A DNA stretch of 19,052 nucleotides from the NCBI GenBank assembly GCA_041736175.1, contig JBGSUI010000170.1, positions 1-19,052 on the forward strand, written 5' to 3'. The stretch comes from Oligoflexales bacterium. GTDB lineage: Bacteria > Bdellovibrionota_B > Oligoflexia > Oligoflexales > CAIYRB01. Position 1 is the first letter of the stretch; the number at the start of each line of letters is the position of its first letter. This document shows positions 1 through 7,313 of the stretch, piece after piece. Both the position numbers and the translations under genes were made by a program. The notes under the pieces are model-generated. The model saw nothing but the letters and a program-made list of their open reading frames with translations, did no database searches and was not told where the DNA came from.

Positions 1-246
1 AAGGCTGAAAGGGCTAAACAGAGACAGGAAAAGAAGGAGCAGGGGAAGAGCTCCGACAAGGGTGTCGCCCCGGGACGAACGCCGCCCGAAGCGGTGGTCC
101 CGGTAACCTCGGTCCCGGATTCAGCGACTCCAGAGGGAACAACTTTCGGCAAGGGAAAAGCTAGGGGAAGAGTTCTGGGCAAAAAAGAGGCAGGAGTGGG
201 ATCTAACTCTCTAGAGGGACGAGTCGGGGCGGACGACTCCGAGTGA
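1..246 (+). CDS. 3' end of a gene entering from the left edge; charged, low-complexity C-terminal tail, product unknown
   Basis: Frame 1 is open from base 1 to TGA at 244-246 (KAERAKQRQEKKEQGKSSDKG...ADDSE*), followed by an AT-rich intergenic stretch. The opposite-strand open frame (ATG at 254) reads like an antisense shadow. Confidence 0.4.
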   Translation, partial: KAERAKQRQEKKEQGKSSDKGVAPGRTPPEAVVPVTSVPDSATPEGTTFGKGKARGRVLGKKEAGVGSNSLEGRVGADDSE

Positions 247-463
247 CTTTTCATCAGAAGTGCGGCCGAAGTCGCCACCAAGATTAAAGGTGGTCGATGG
301 GTGACTTTTGGAATGGTGTTAAAGACACAAATGTCTATAAAGTTTAGTCAACTGTCCAATATTTAGCCAAAATTGTGCAAATAATATCGGTAACATCTTA
401 AAATATATGGGTTTGAAAATCTGTTACAGAACTTGCATGTATGAGAGCGAATAACAATCTCCT

Positions 464-1768
464 ATGAGGTGTCAGATGGAACAGAACAAAATCTTATTGA
501 TAACTATAAATCTCCTTGGAAGCCTCCTTGTCATGATGCCTTTTTCCGGCTGTAAACCTCTGACGTCTTCCAGCAGTCTTACCCAAAGTGAGGCCATAGG
601 GTCCGAGGCTGAGCTAACCCGCAGCTTCGAAGTTGCTGCAGCCACCCGCTCCTACCTGCCTTATGATTATAAAAAAACTGGATGTAATGAAAGGTCCCTC
701 TATGTTTCTATGGAGCTTGCTGCCCAGGGCCTTGTATCGAGCAGCGCCTGGATTTTCGGTAGCCTCCAATATGGACCTCAACAAGACGATTCTTGGGGAA
801 ATCACACCGCACCCATCGTGTCGGGGTCTACTCGTCCCACCATCGATAACTCCTTTGTTTTGGACTATGCCCTTACGGAAACCCCGCCAACCGTCCGTGA
901 TTGGGTGGATCGGTCACAAAAATATAGGCAACAATTCTCAAGGGACAATGCTCTCCAGCTGCTGGTGACCGAACCAGCCAATGGAATCCCTGACGGGTTG
1001 AACTGGCTCAACCTGTTCCCTTCACTTCTTTATGTCGATAGCCCCGAAGGTCTGAATCAAGTCTTGCAGACCTACCGGTTAACCCGTTCCATGAACGATA
1101 TCACTCCTTTTTTGCAAAGAAAGGTAGAGCGCGCCTGCCATACACTCTATGGCCACTTGGGAGAAAAAGGCATGAAAGACAGCGCCAAGCGTCGCCAACT
1201 TCTGGTGGAAAAAACTCGTCAGCTTATAAATCAGTTGGAACTCCGTGGTCTTTATCTTAGCGAAGGCCGCGAGCTGCAATGCCCTAACAAAAAATACGAT
1301 GTTTGGTTTCCACCGGAGAGCAGTCCTGATACGGCTCAGTCTCATCCCGTGCTCCAAGCAGTTTCTGCATGCAAAATTCCTGCATGGCGTGCCGTCACCA
1401 TGGTGAAACCCGCCACTGCCCCAGGAGAAAACCAATGTGAAGTCCTCAAAGACCTTGTCCAAGCTCTCAATATGCATGGAGCTGGACTCTCTGACCCAGA
1501 AAACCAGGGTTTTGCCCGATGTTTGCAGCAAAAAATCAGCTGTGCTGACCGTACAGAGATCGACCAGTATGTTAAGTCTATCGTCGAGCAATCCTCAAGC
1601 AAGCCGTCGGCCTGTAAACCTATCGGTGGCTCCATAACGCCACGGAGCTGTGAAGACATCAAGTTCCTCACCCGCTATGAGCGTGGACCCCGGATTGAGT
1701 TGGCATGCTGGCAACAGGACTACCGATGCACTGACCGACTGCGCACCCTATTGCCAAATCTTCTCTGA
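464..1768 (+). CDS. Lipoprotein with an N-terminal protein-glutaminase-like (papain-fold, Cys-His-Asp) domain and a C-terminal duplicated 4-Cys module
   Basis: Hydrophobic signal ending in lipobox FSG-C30. Motifs PYDYKKTGC74NERS, WGNH114TAP, VLD134YAL and PPTVRDW follow the order and approximate spacing of Chryseobacterium protein-glutaminase (YPVDGCYARAH / WSYHVA / IIDPSL). The start may be ATG 476. Confidence 0.7.
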   Translation: MRCQMEQNKILLITINLLGSLLVMMPFSGCKPLTSSSSLTQSEAIGSEAELTRSFEVAAATRSYLPYDYKKTGCNERSLYVSMELAAQGLVSSSAWIFGSLQYGPQQDDSWGNHTAPIVSGSTRPTIDNSFVLDYALTETPPTVRDWVDRSQKYRQQFSRDNALQLLVTEPANGIPDGLNWLNLFPSLLYVDSPEGLNQVLQTYRLTRSMNDITPFLQRKVERACHTLYGHLGEKGMKDSAKRRQLLVEKTRQLINQLELRGLYLSEGRELQCPNKKYDVWFPPESSPDTAQSHPVLQAVSACKIPAWRAVTMVKPATAPGENQCEVLKDLVQALNMHGAGLSDPENQGFARCLQQKISCADRTEIDQYVKSIVEQSSSKPSACKPIGGSITPRSCEDIKFLTRYERGPRIELACWQQDYRCTDRLRTLLPNLL

Positions 1769-1800
1769 TTTTCCATCGACAAAGAGAGCAAATACCCTCC

Positions 1801-2502
1801 CTATTCGAAGCGGACGTCTTTCCTGACGACGGCAGCTTTGCCAAACCGCAGGTAGGTAGGCAAAGTGACCGGAGGGCTAGCAAATCCAGGCCCCGAGGTT
1901 TGGCTACCCATCGACGCTGCTGTAAGTCCCAAAAGCTGGATTTTAAGCCTCACTGAGCTGACTTCTGTCGTGAACTTGATGATTTCGTCCGATCGATGGT
2001 GATAGTACTTTGGGCCCCTATTGCCAAACAAATCTTCACCTTGGACTTCTCGAAGCTGACCGCTGGTTTTTTCACCGTTTGCGGAAATCGTAAAGGGTAG
2101 AGACCTTTTGCTGCCTGAGAGACTGGTTGTGGCGAGCAGGTCAAACAACACCGAACTCGCCGTAAAAGAGCGCGCTTTACCATCGCAATCGGTAAGGCTT
2201 AGCTCGTATTCAATAAAATTGCCCTGTTTGCCATTGGCTACCGAGGAGGTGAGGAGCTTGGCCTGGGTTTGGCCATTCACAGCATCACAGGAGGTGTTTT
2301 TGCCGCCATCGCTAGAACTACTGGAGCCACTGCCAGCGGTTTTGTCGTCGCCCGAGGAATCCGGACTGTCCCCCTTGGCGGCCTCTGGGCTTACGGCGTT
2401 TTTGCCGGTTTTACCCGAAAATCCGCTATCGCTGCAGGCAGGAAATATCATAAGTGACAGTAAAGTAAACATTTTTAGGTTGCTGCGTGTGCTGATTAAC
2501 AT
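1801..2502 (-). CDS. Hypothetical lipoprotein with a Ser/Gly/Asp-rich linker and a beta-rich C-terminal domain
   Basis: Signal MLISTRSNLKMFTLLSLMIFPA-C with lipobox, then a low-complexity linker (SSGDDKTAGSGSSSSSDGG). The ORF track starts at TTG 2565, but ATG 2502 has GGTGG upstream and lies downstream of a sigma-28-like promoter that overlaps 2565. Confidence 0.7.
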   Translation of the reverse strand: MLISTRSNLKMFTLLSLMIFPACSDSGFSGKTGKNAVSPEAAKGDSPDSSGDDKTAGSGSSSSSDGGKNTSCDAVNGQTQAKLLTSSVANGKQGNFIEYELSLTDCDGKARSFTASSVLFDLLATTSLSGSKRSLPFTISANGEKTSGQLREVQGEDLFGNRGPKYYHHRSDEIIKFTTEVSSVRLKIQLLGLTAASMGSQTSGPGFASPPVTLPTYLRFGKAAVVRKDVRFE

Positions 2503-2546
2503 AAAGCCACCATTCCGTTGAGGCGTAATATCGACTTCTCTTTCCC

Positions 2547-2574
2547 TTATCGGCATTTTTAGCAAATTTATTTA
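2547..2574 (-). promoter_or_regulatory. Sigma-28 (FliA/SigD)-type promoter for the lipoprotein gene
   Basis: The minus strand reads TAAA (2574-2571) - N16 - GCCGATAA (2554-2547). The -10 element is a perfect match and ends about 45 nt upstream of ATG 2502. Confidence 0.6.
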
Positions 2575-2631
2575 GGGATGTAAGACTATGCCGACAACTC
2601 GGTCTTGGAGACGCAGATACTGCTCATGGTA

Positions 2632-3360
2632 TTAGGTCACCAGGTAATCAGACTCAAACCCTTGGGGCATGACGGGCCATCCCATAAGGGTTAACTTAAA
2701 GTTTTTAAGGTCATAGGGGGCGAGCTGCGGGATTTGGTCCCCGGTTTTCTCGGCTCCTACCGTAAAGATCTTAAGATGGAGCGTCTTCTGGAGCTGGAGT
2801 AGATTTTTAACAAGGGCTTTATTGGAGATCTTAGCATAACCCATACGAAACCCTTTGCGGGCCATCTGCAGATAGGTCCCAGCGATTAAAAAACTCATAA
2901 TTTTTTGATTACGAAATTCATGATTCACAGCACCAATCCCACAGTAAAACACTTCGCCCCGGGTTTCGGGCTCCCATTCGACGGGGATTTTGACCGCGTC
3001 TAAAATCTCGCCAATCAAGGCCACCCCAGGTGCGAGTTGCGAAGGATCGATGGGCATTGGGTCCAGATGATCTTCGATCGTGATGGCAGCGATGACGCGG
3101 CCGTCTTTTCGCTCCACCACAAGGCCGTAACCACGTTCGGCAGAAAATTGGGCCTGAGCATAGAAAAAATGGTAGAGGTCAGACTCCTTCAGACCAAGGG
3201 TTTTAGAGAGGGGTTCCCTGCGGCAGAACTCCGCAGTCAAAAGCCGCGCAGCATCCTCCAGGTGACAGGCCCGCATCTGGGAGATTCGCATCGATGGATA
3301 AGACCACCGGTAAAAGTGTTTGACCACTTGGGTGCCAATCAGGGCCATGATCTGTCTCAT
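2632..3360 (-). CDS. GNAT N-acyltransferase, arylalkylamine N-acetyltransferase (insect AANAT)-like
   Basis: F-x3-EPL motif (EFCRRE49PLSKTLGL) as in insect AANATs, and GNAT motif A region (GIGAVNHEFRNQKIM). AGGAGG RBS and ATGA overlap with the upstream stop at 3357-3360. Confidence 0.75.
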   Translation of the reverse strand: MRQIMALIGTQVVKHFYRWSYPSMRISQMRACHLEDAARLLTAEFCRREPLSKTLGLKESDLYHFFYAQAQFSAERGYGLVVERKDGRVIAAITIEDHLDPMPIDPSQLAPGVALIGEILDAVKIPVEWEPETRGEVFYCGIGAVNHEFRNQKIMSFLIAGTYLQMARKGFRMGYAKISNKALVKNLLQLQKTLHLKIFTVGAEKTGDQIPQLAPYDLKNFKLTLMGWPVMPQGFESDYLVT

Positions 3361-4640
3361 TGCAAACCTCCTGCGCCCCTTAAGGGGCTCGCTTCATCCC
3401 TAAACCCCTTATGGGGAGGAAACGAAGGTTGGTATAGACTCTCCATCTGCCTTTGGGCAAGGGTTTCTGGCATCAGACCTGCAAGGCGGTCTCTGACAAA
3501 ACTCCCCCAGCTGCTTTCAGGCTGAAACATCTGGTTCATACTGTTTGCGATCTTAAGGATTGGTTTCACGCGCAACGCCCGCTGGGCAGCAATTCTGTTA
3601 AAGACCGACTCAAAGTCTGCCACCCCAGCGGTCGCCAAACCATAGGCGGTCCACAGGCCATCTTCGAGCCCGAGGGAAGCCCCTTGGCCCATATTGGGAG
3701 GCATTCCGTGGGCAGCATCTCCGACGAGGATGATGTTGTCTTTAAAGGGGCGCTCCACGCCGGTTACGACGCCAAAATTACAGCGCACCAGGCTGTTTTT
3801 GACCCCGTGGTGGAGGGTCATGCGCACATCAGCATGGTAGTCGGTAAACAGGCGGTTGAGGCGGTTAAGAGTCCCGTCAGGAATCGGCGCGCTATTGCTT
3901 ACGTATTGAGGATCCCGCTCCAAGGCACTCCAGTAGACGGTCTTTCCGTCCATGGAGGTGAGCACAAACCGAGTGCCTGTTCCCCAAACCTCAAGAGTTT
4001 GTCCCACATGTTTAGGTGCAATCGGCACATGGTCGCTGCGTCCGAGCCAGGTGCGGATCCCCTGATAATGGACCTTCGCTTCGGGAGCCACGTGGGCCCG
4101 GACCTGGGATCCGATACCGTCCGCGCCGATCAGATAGGAGACGTCCAGGGTTTGACCTCCGATATCAATCCGCAGTTTCTTGTCTTCTTTGGATCCCCCT
4201 TCGATGATTTCAACCTTGGTAAGAGTCTGTCCCCAGCGAACCTTTAGGCCCTTCCGGTCGAGTTCATGAAACAAAATAGACATCAGGTCGCAGCGTTTGA
4301 TGGCCACTATTGGGTAGGAGCATTTTGTGATCAGGCTTTCGCCCCGCAGCGCCAAGAGAGATTCCATACGGCGATTAGTAAAGCCCATGATGTTTTGTGA
4401 CACCGAGGCTTTGAGGACCGCATCAATGAGACCGAGCCGCTCTAGGACCCTGAGACCATTAGGTGCCAGCCAAAGGAGGTGATCGGAAGATGTGGGGCCG
4501 GAGTCCTGTTCGTAGATATCTAAGTCTACGCCAAAGTCATGGGAAAAGAGAGCTGTGGCGATCCCAGCGATCCCGGCTCCGACGATGATTCCAGTCTTGG
4601 ATGCATTTGCATGACTCTTGGAGGGTGGTGATGTTGTCAT
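3357..4640 (-). CDS. FAD-dependent monooxygenase (group A flavoprotein aromatic hydroxylase)
   Basis: All three fingerprints are present: GAGIAG, GADGIGSQVR and LVGDAAHGMPPNMGQGASLGLEDG. ATGA overlap with the decarboxylase stop at 4637-4640. Confidence 0.92.
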   Translation of the reverse strand: MTTSPPSKSHANASKTGIIVGAGIAGIATALFSHDFGVDLDIYEQDSGPTSSDHLLWLAPNGLRVLERLGLIDAVLKASVSQNIMGFTNRRMESLLALRGESLITKCSYPIVAIKRCDLMSILFHELDRKGLKVRWGQTLTKVEIIEGGSKEDKKLRIDIGGQTLDVSYLIGADGIGSQVRAHVAPEAKVHYQGIRTWLGRSDHVPIAPKHVGQTLEVWGTGTRFVLTSMDGKTVYWSALERDPQYVSNSAPIPDGTLNRLNRLFTDYHADVRMTLHHGVKNSLVRCNFGVVTGVERPFKDNIILVGDAAHGMPPNMGQGASLGLEDGLWTAYGLATAGVADFESVFNRIAAQRALRVKPILKIANSMNQMFQPESSWGSFVRDRLAGLMPETLAQRQMESLYQPSFPPHKGFRDEASPLRGAGGLQ

Positions 4641-6163
4641 AGGGAGCTTTCTCCATGTTTCTTGATCAGGTTGATGGTGGTGTCGATGGTGTCCCGATGG
4701 GTTCGAAAACTCAGGATTGCGATGCGAATCACAAAGAGGTCAGTTGGGGTGGAATCTTGTTTCAAACCCGAGGTGTCTGGTCGGCTCTCAAAATGAGTGG
4801 ACGTCAAAAACACCCGGCCCTCAGAGTTGATGGCTTTAAGCAGTTTTTTGGTTTTGCTATGGTCGGGGTCTCCGACGACCCGAAAAGCTGTGACGGTAAG
4901 ATCTCCGGCAGCGATCACCTCTAGGGAAGTGAACTTTTGGAGCTCCTCTCGAAGATACCGGGTGAGGGCTAGTTTTTCTCGAAGAGCTGATGTCAAGGTC
5001 TCTAGTCCATAGGCTTTCAAAGCCATCCAAAGTCTCAGGGACCGAAAGGGGCGTGTGAGTTCTAAAGAAACATCCATGGGCGAAGGGGGTAGGCCCACCC
5101 TCTCGGGGTGATCGTCCTCTTGGTGCCGGTCTTGGAGGTAAGCAGGGGGAGGTCCCTGTCGCTGGCTTTTTTTGTTTTTGATCAGGACCGCTCCGACACC
5201 GTAGGGTAGGAAAAGTCCCTTGTGGGGGTCCAAGACAATGGAGTCGGCTAGGTTCATGCCCTCAAAAAGACTCTGGGTCTCGGGGCAGAGTTTGAAAAAC
5301 CCGCCGTAGGCACCATCCACATGAAACCAAAGATGATGCTCCTGGGCAATCTTTGCTAATACCGCCAAGGGGTCCACGGTTCCAAGATTGGTCGACCCTG
5401 CAGTGCCGATAAGCAGGAAAGGTTTAAGTCCCGCGGCCAGGTCTTGGTTGATTTGGAGGCGGAGTTGTTGGTCGTCCATCTTCTGGTTCGCCGTGGAGGG
5501 GATGACTCTGATCTGGATCTCGTCACCAAACAAAAGTTCTAGAGATTTAGCCGCGCAGTGGTGGGTATGCTCCCCGAGGTAAACCACAGCCCGGTGATAA
5601 TCACGACCTTGCAGATTGTGGGCTTTACGGGCTGCTTGAAAGGCCATCAGTGTGGCAGCCGTGCCTCCCGAGGTGATGTCCCCGTAGGCGGCGCTGGGTT
5701 GATAGCCCACAAGTTTAAACAAGGTCTCGAGACATTCCTGATGGATCTGCGCAGCCACAGGGGACGCAAAAGCATCGCCGCTAAAAGGGTTGACCACAGC
5801 CCCGATCAGATCCGCGGCAGCGGCGAGGGGCAGACCTCCGCCGGGAATAAAGCCCAAATGTCCGGCGCCGGCGGTCAAAAGGCCCTGGGAGGCCAATCCT
5901 GAAATAACGGCTTTAAAAAGGACTTCCGGATCTTTCTCGCCTTTCATCAGGTCTTTCCACTGACTCAGAGCTTTGTCTTGGTGCTCGGTAAAAGTCCGCA
6001 AGGTTTTTATCTGGTCGATAAATTCACCGAGGTTGCTATTAAGCGATCCCAGCCATCCTGAAAACTCTTCGGAGTTTGGTTCCAAAACCAGGCTTTGCTG
6101 GGCTAAGGCGTCACATTGCTCCCTAAGACCCAGGGTCTCTGCAGGTTGGTTAAGCGTGGGCAT
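4637..6163 (-). CDS. PLP-dependent group II decarboxylase, aromatic-L-amino-acid decarboxylase-like
   Basis: HLGFIPGGG, TSGGTAA, GTAGSTNLGTVDPL, WFHVDGAYGG, ADSIVLDPHK (PLP Lys codon at 5219-5221) and ELTRPFRSLRLW. ATG 6163 is chosen for its GGTGA RBS and 14-nt overlap with the hydroxylase end; alternatives are 6196 and 6205. Confidence 0.92.
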   Translation of the reverse strand: MPTLNQPAETLGLREQCDALAQQSLVLEPNSEEFSGWLGSLNSNLGEFIDQIKTLRTFTEHQDKALSQWKDLMKGEKDPEVLFKAVISGLASQGLLTAGAGHLGFIPGGGLPLAAAADLIGAVVNPFSGDAFASPVAAQIHQECLETLFKLVGYQPSAAYGDITSGGTAATLMAFQAARKAHNLQGRDYHRAVVYLGEHTHHCAAKSLELLFGDEIQIRVIPSTANQKMDDQQLRLQINQDLAAGLKPFLLIGTAGSTNLGTVDPLAVLAKIAQEHHLWFHVDGAYGGFFKLCPETQSLFEGMNLADSIVLDPHKGLFLPYGVGAVLIKNKKSQRQGPPPAYLQDRHQEDDHPERVGLPPSPMDVSLELTRPFRSLRLWMALKAYGLETLTSALREKLALTRYLREELQKFTSLEVIAAGDLTVTAFRVVGDPDHSKTKKLLKAINSEGRVFLTSTHFESRPDTSGLKQDSTPTDLFVIRIAILSFRTHRDTIDTTINLIKKHGESSL

Positions 6164-7106
6164 GGGAGTCACCAAAGTTTTTGGGGTTTCGATCATCCCC
6201 ACCAAACACCGTTTCAGAAGGCGCTGGGGTCAGCCAAGATTTGGTTTGACTAAAGATGTCCAGGTAGTCCGTGATATTTTCTCCGTAGTAATAACCCTCT
6301 TGGGCATCAGAGATGTTGTAGGACTGGGTAAGGGTCTCAAAGGTGAGTGGCTGAAAGATTTTTTGGAGCTGGGTGATCGATGCTTGGTAACGGGCTTCGA
6401 TTGCCTCAAGCTCTGTGAGGGATGATAGGAGTCCAGCTCCAAGGACTTGAAGTCCTTGGGTCGATTTCCAAACACTAAACTCAAAGGCCCAAAAGTAGAG
6501 CTTATCGAGGATTTGGATCGGCGAAAGCCGGCAATGGTCGAGACTGCCAAGCTGGCGAGCCATCCCTTTGAGATTGGCTAGCTCGTCGTCGCCGGCCTTA
6601 TGTTCTACGATCGTTTTATTTACAAAATAGAGGGCTTTATCAACGGGACCCACGTCCTGCGACTGGGCAATATGACTCCAGGTGGCAAGGAGTTTGCGGT
6701 AGTCTTTGTGAAGAAGAGCTGGCAAGTGGCCAAAAATATCGTGGATAAGATCTGGCTCACTTGCGAACCCCACCTCATGGGCTGGTCGGACGGATGAGGA
6801 AAGGGGCATGATGCATTGATGGAGGAGCTGGAAAATCTTCCAGGGTGGGTGGTATCCGTGGACGTATCGGGCCGACCAGCCCAAAGGGCTAAGGATTTTA
6901 TTGATTTCTTTTAAAGTAGGAATTCTCGCTTTAAACAGATGCAAGATTTCCATATTTTCAGCATAGTAGGGATGAATCAGCGAACGGTGTTCCCGGATGG
7001 TTCTTTGATGCATGGCATAAAAAGTGCGCCATGTCCCATGGTCCGTCTCCGAAAAAAGCACCTGGGTGTTATCGGTATGTTGGGCGATTGTTTTTTTGTT
7101 GATCAT
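6150..7106 (-). CDS. Pterin-dependent aromatic amino acid hydroxylase (PhhA/TPH family) with tryptophan-hydroxylase-type specificity residues
   Basis: Iron triad in EPDLIH141DIFGH146LP and LYFWAFE228F, plus GAGLLSS (numbered from ATG 7163). A helical insertion resembles long bacterial-type enzymes. ATG 7106 has a GGAG RBS, whereas ATG 7163 lies inside the operator palindrome. Confidence 0.9.
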   Translation of the reverse strand: MINKKTIAQHTDNTQVLFSETDHGTWRTFYAMHQRTIREHRSLIHPYYAENMEILHLFKARIPTLKEINKILSPLGWSARYVHGYHPPWKIFQLLHQCIMPLSSSVRPAHEVGFASEPDLIHDIFGHLPALLHKDYRKLLATWSHIAQSQDVGPVDKALYFVNKTIVEHKAGDDELANLKGMARQLGSLDHCRLSPIQILDKLYFWAFEFSVWKSTQGLQVLGAGLLSSLTELEAIEARYQASITQLQKIFQPLTFETLTQSYNISDAQEGYYYGENITDYLDIFSQTKSWLTPAPSETVFGGDDRNPKNFGDSHAHA

Positions 7107-7142
7107 GTTGAACTCCACCACGAATTTCGGGTGTCGAAAATT

Positions 7143-7164
7143 AATGAACGAATATCCATTCATT
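7143..7164. promoter_or_regulatory. Palindromic operator, probable binding site of the adjacent TetR
   Basis: AATGAACGAATATCCATTCATT has 18 of 22 positions self-complementary. The core resembles GAATGA-N4-TCATTC of Bm3R1/FatR/FadR boxes. It lies between the predicted promoter and ATG 7106. Confidence 0.65.
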
Positions 7165-7193
7165 TATCTACAGGGATCGAGTATACTTGTCAA
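7165..7193 (-). promoter_or_regulatory. Putative sigma-70 promoter of the hydroxylase operon
   Basis: The minus strand reads TTGACA (7193-7188) - N17 - TAGATA (7170-7165). The -35 is perfect, the -10 is weak, and the operator abuts it. Confidence 0.45.
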
Positions 7194-7313
7194 CAAAAGT
7201 GATGCAGCAAACTTATCGCTGCAACTTTTTTAGATAAAATATTAGACAAAAGTTGGGCAACCCGGTAATGGGTGTCCCAGATCTATTTAGAACAAAGTTT
7301 ATAAGGATGTTAG

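Noticed and set aside
1..254. Minus-strand open frame starting ATG 254 (MKSHSESSAPTRP...)
   Set aside because: Its composition (FPCSFFSCLCLALSA) is what the antisense of a Lys/Glu-rich plus-strand tail produces, so the plus frame is preferred, though not proven.
268..310. Imperfect inverted repeat after the first stop codon as a terminator
   Set aside because: The stem is short and interrupted with only a 4-T tail; not convincing.
3037..4247. Long plus-strand ORFs (162 aa and 264 aa) and similar shadow ORFs at 8451-9089, 12242-12856 and 14799-15227
   Set aside because: They lie antisense to well-supported genes and show no motifs or RBS of their own.
2632..7106. Calling the operon melatonin biosynthesis or ordinary phenylalanine catabolism (phhA)
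   Set aside because: There is no O-methyltransferase in the window for melatonin. There is no phhB, aminotransferase or hppD, and the specificity residues are TPH-like, so no phhA symbol was assigned.
7195..7229. Inverted repeat AAAAGT-GA-TGCAGC / GCTGCA-ACTTTT with a T run between the divergent genes
   Set aside because: No transcript ends here that would need a terminator, and the repeat is bulged. It could be a second protein site but has no supporting copy.
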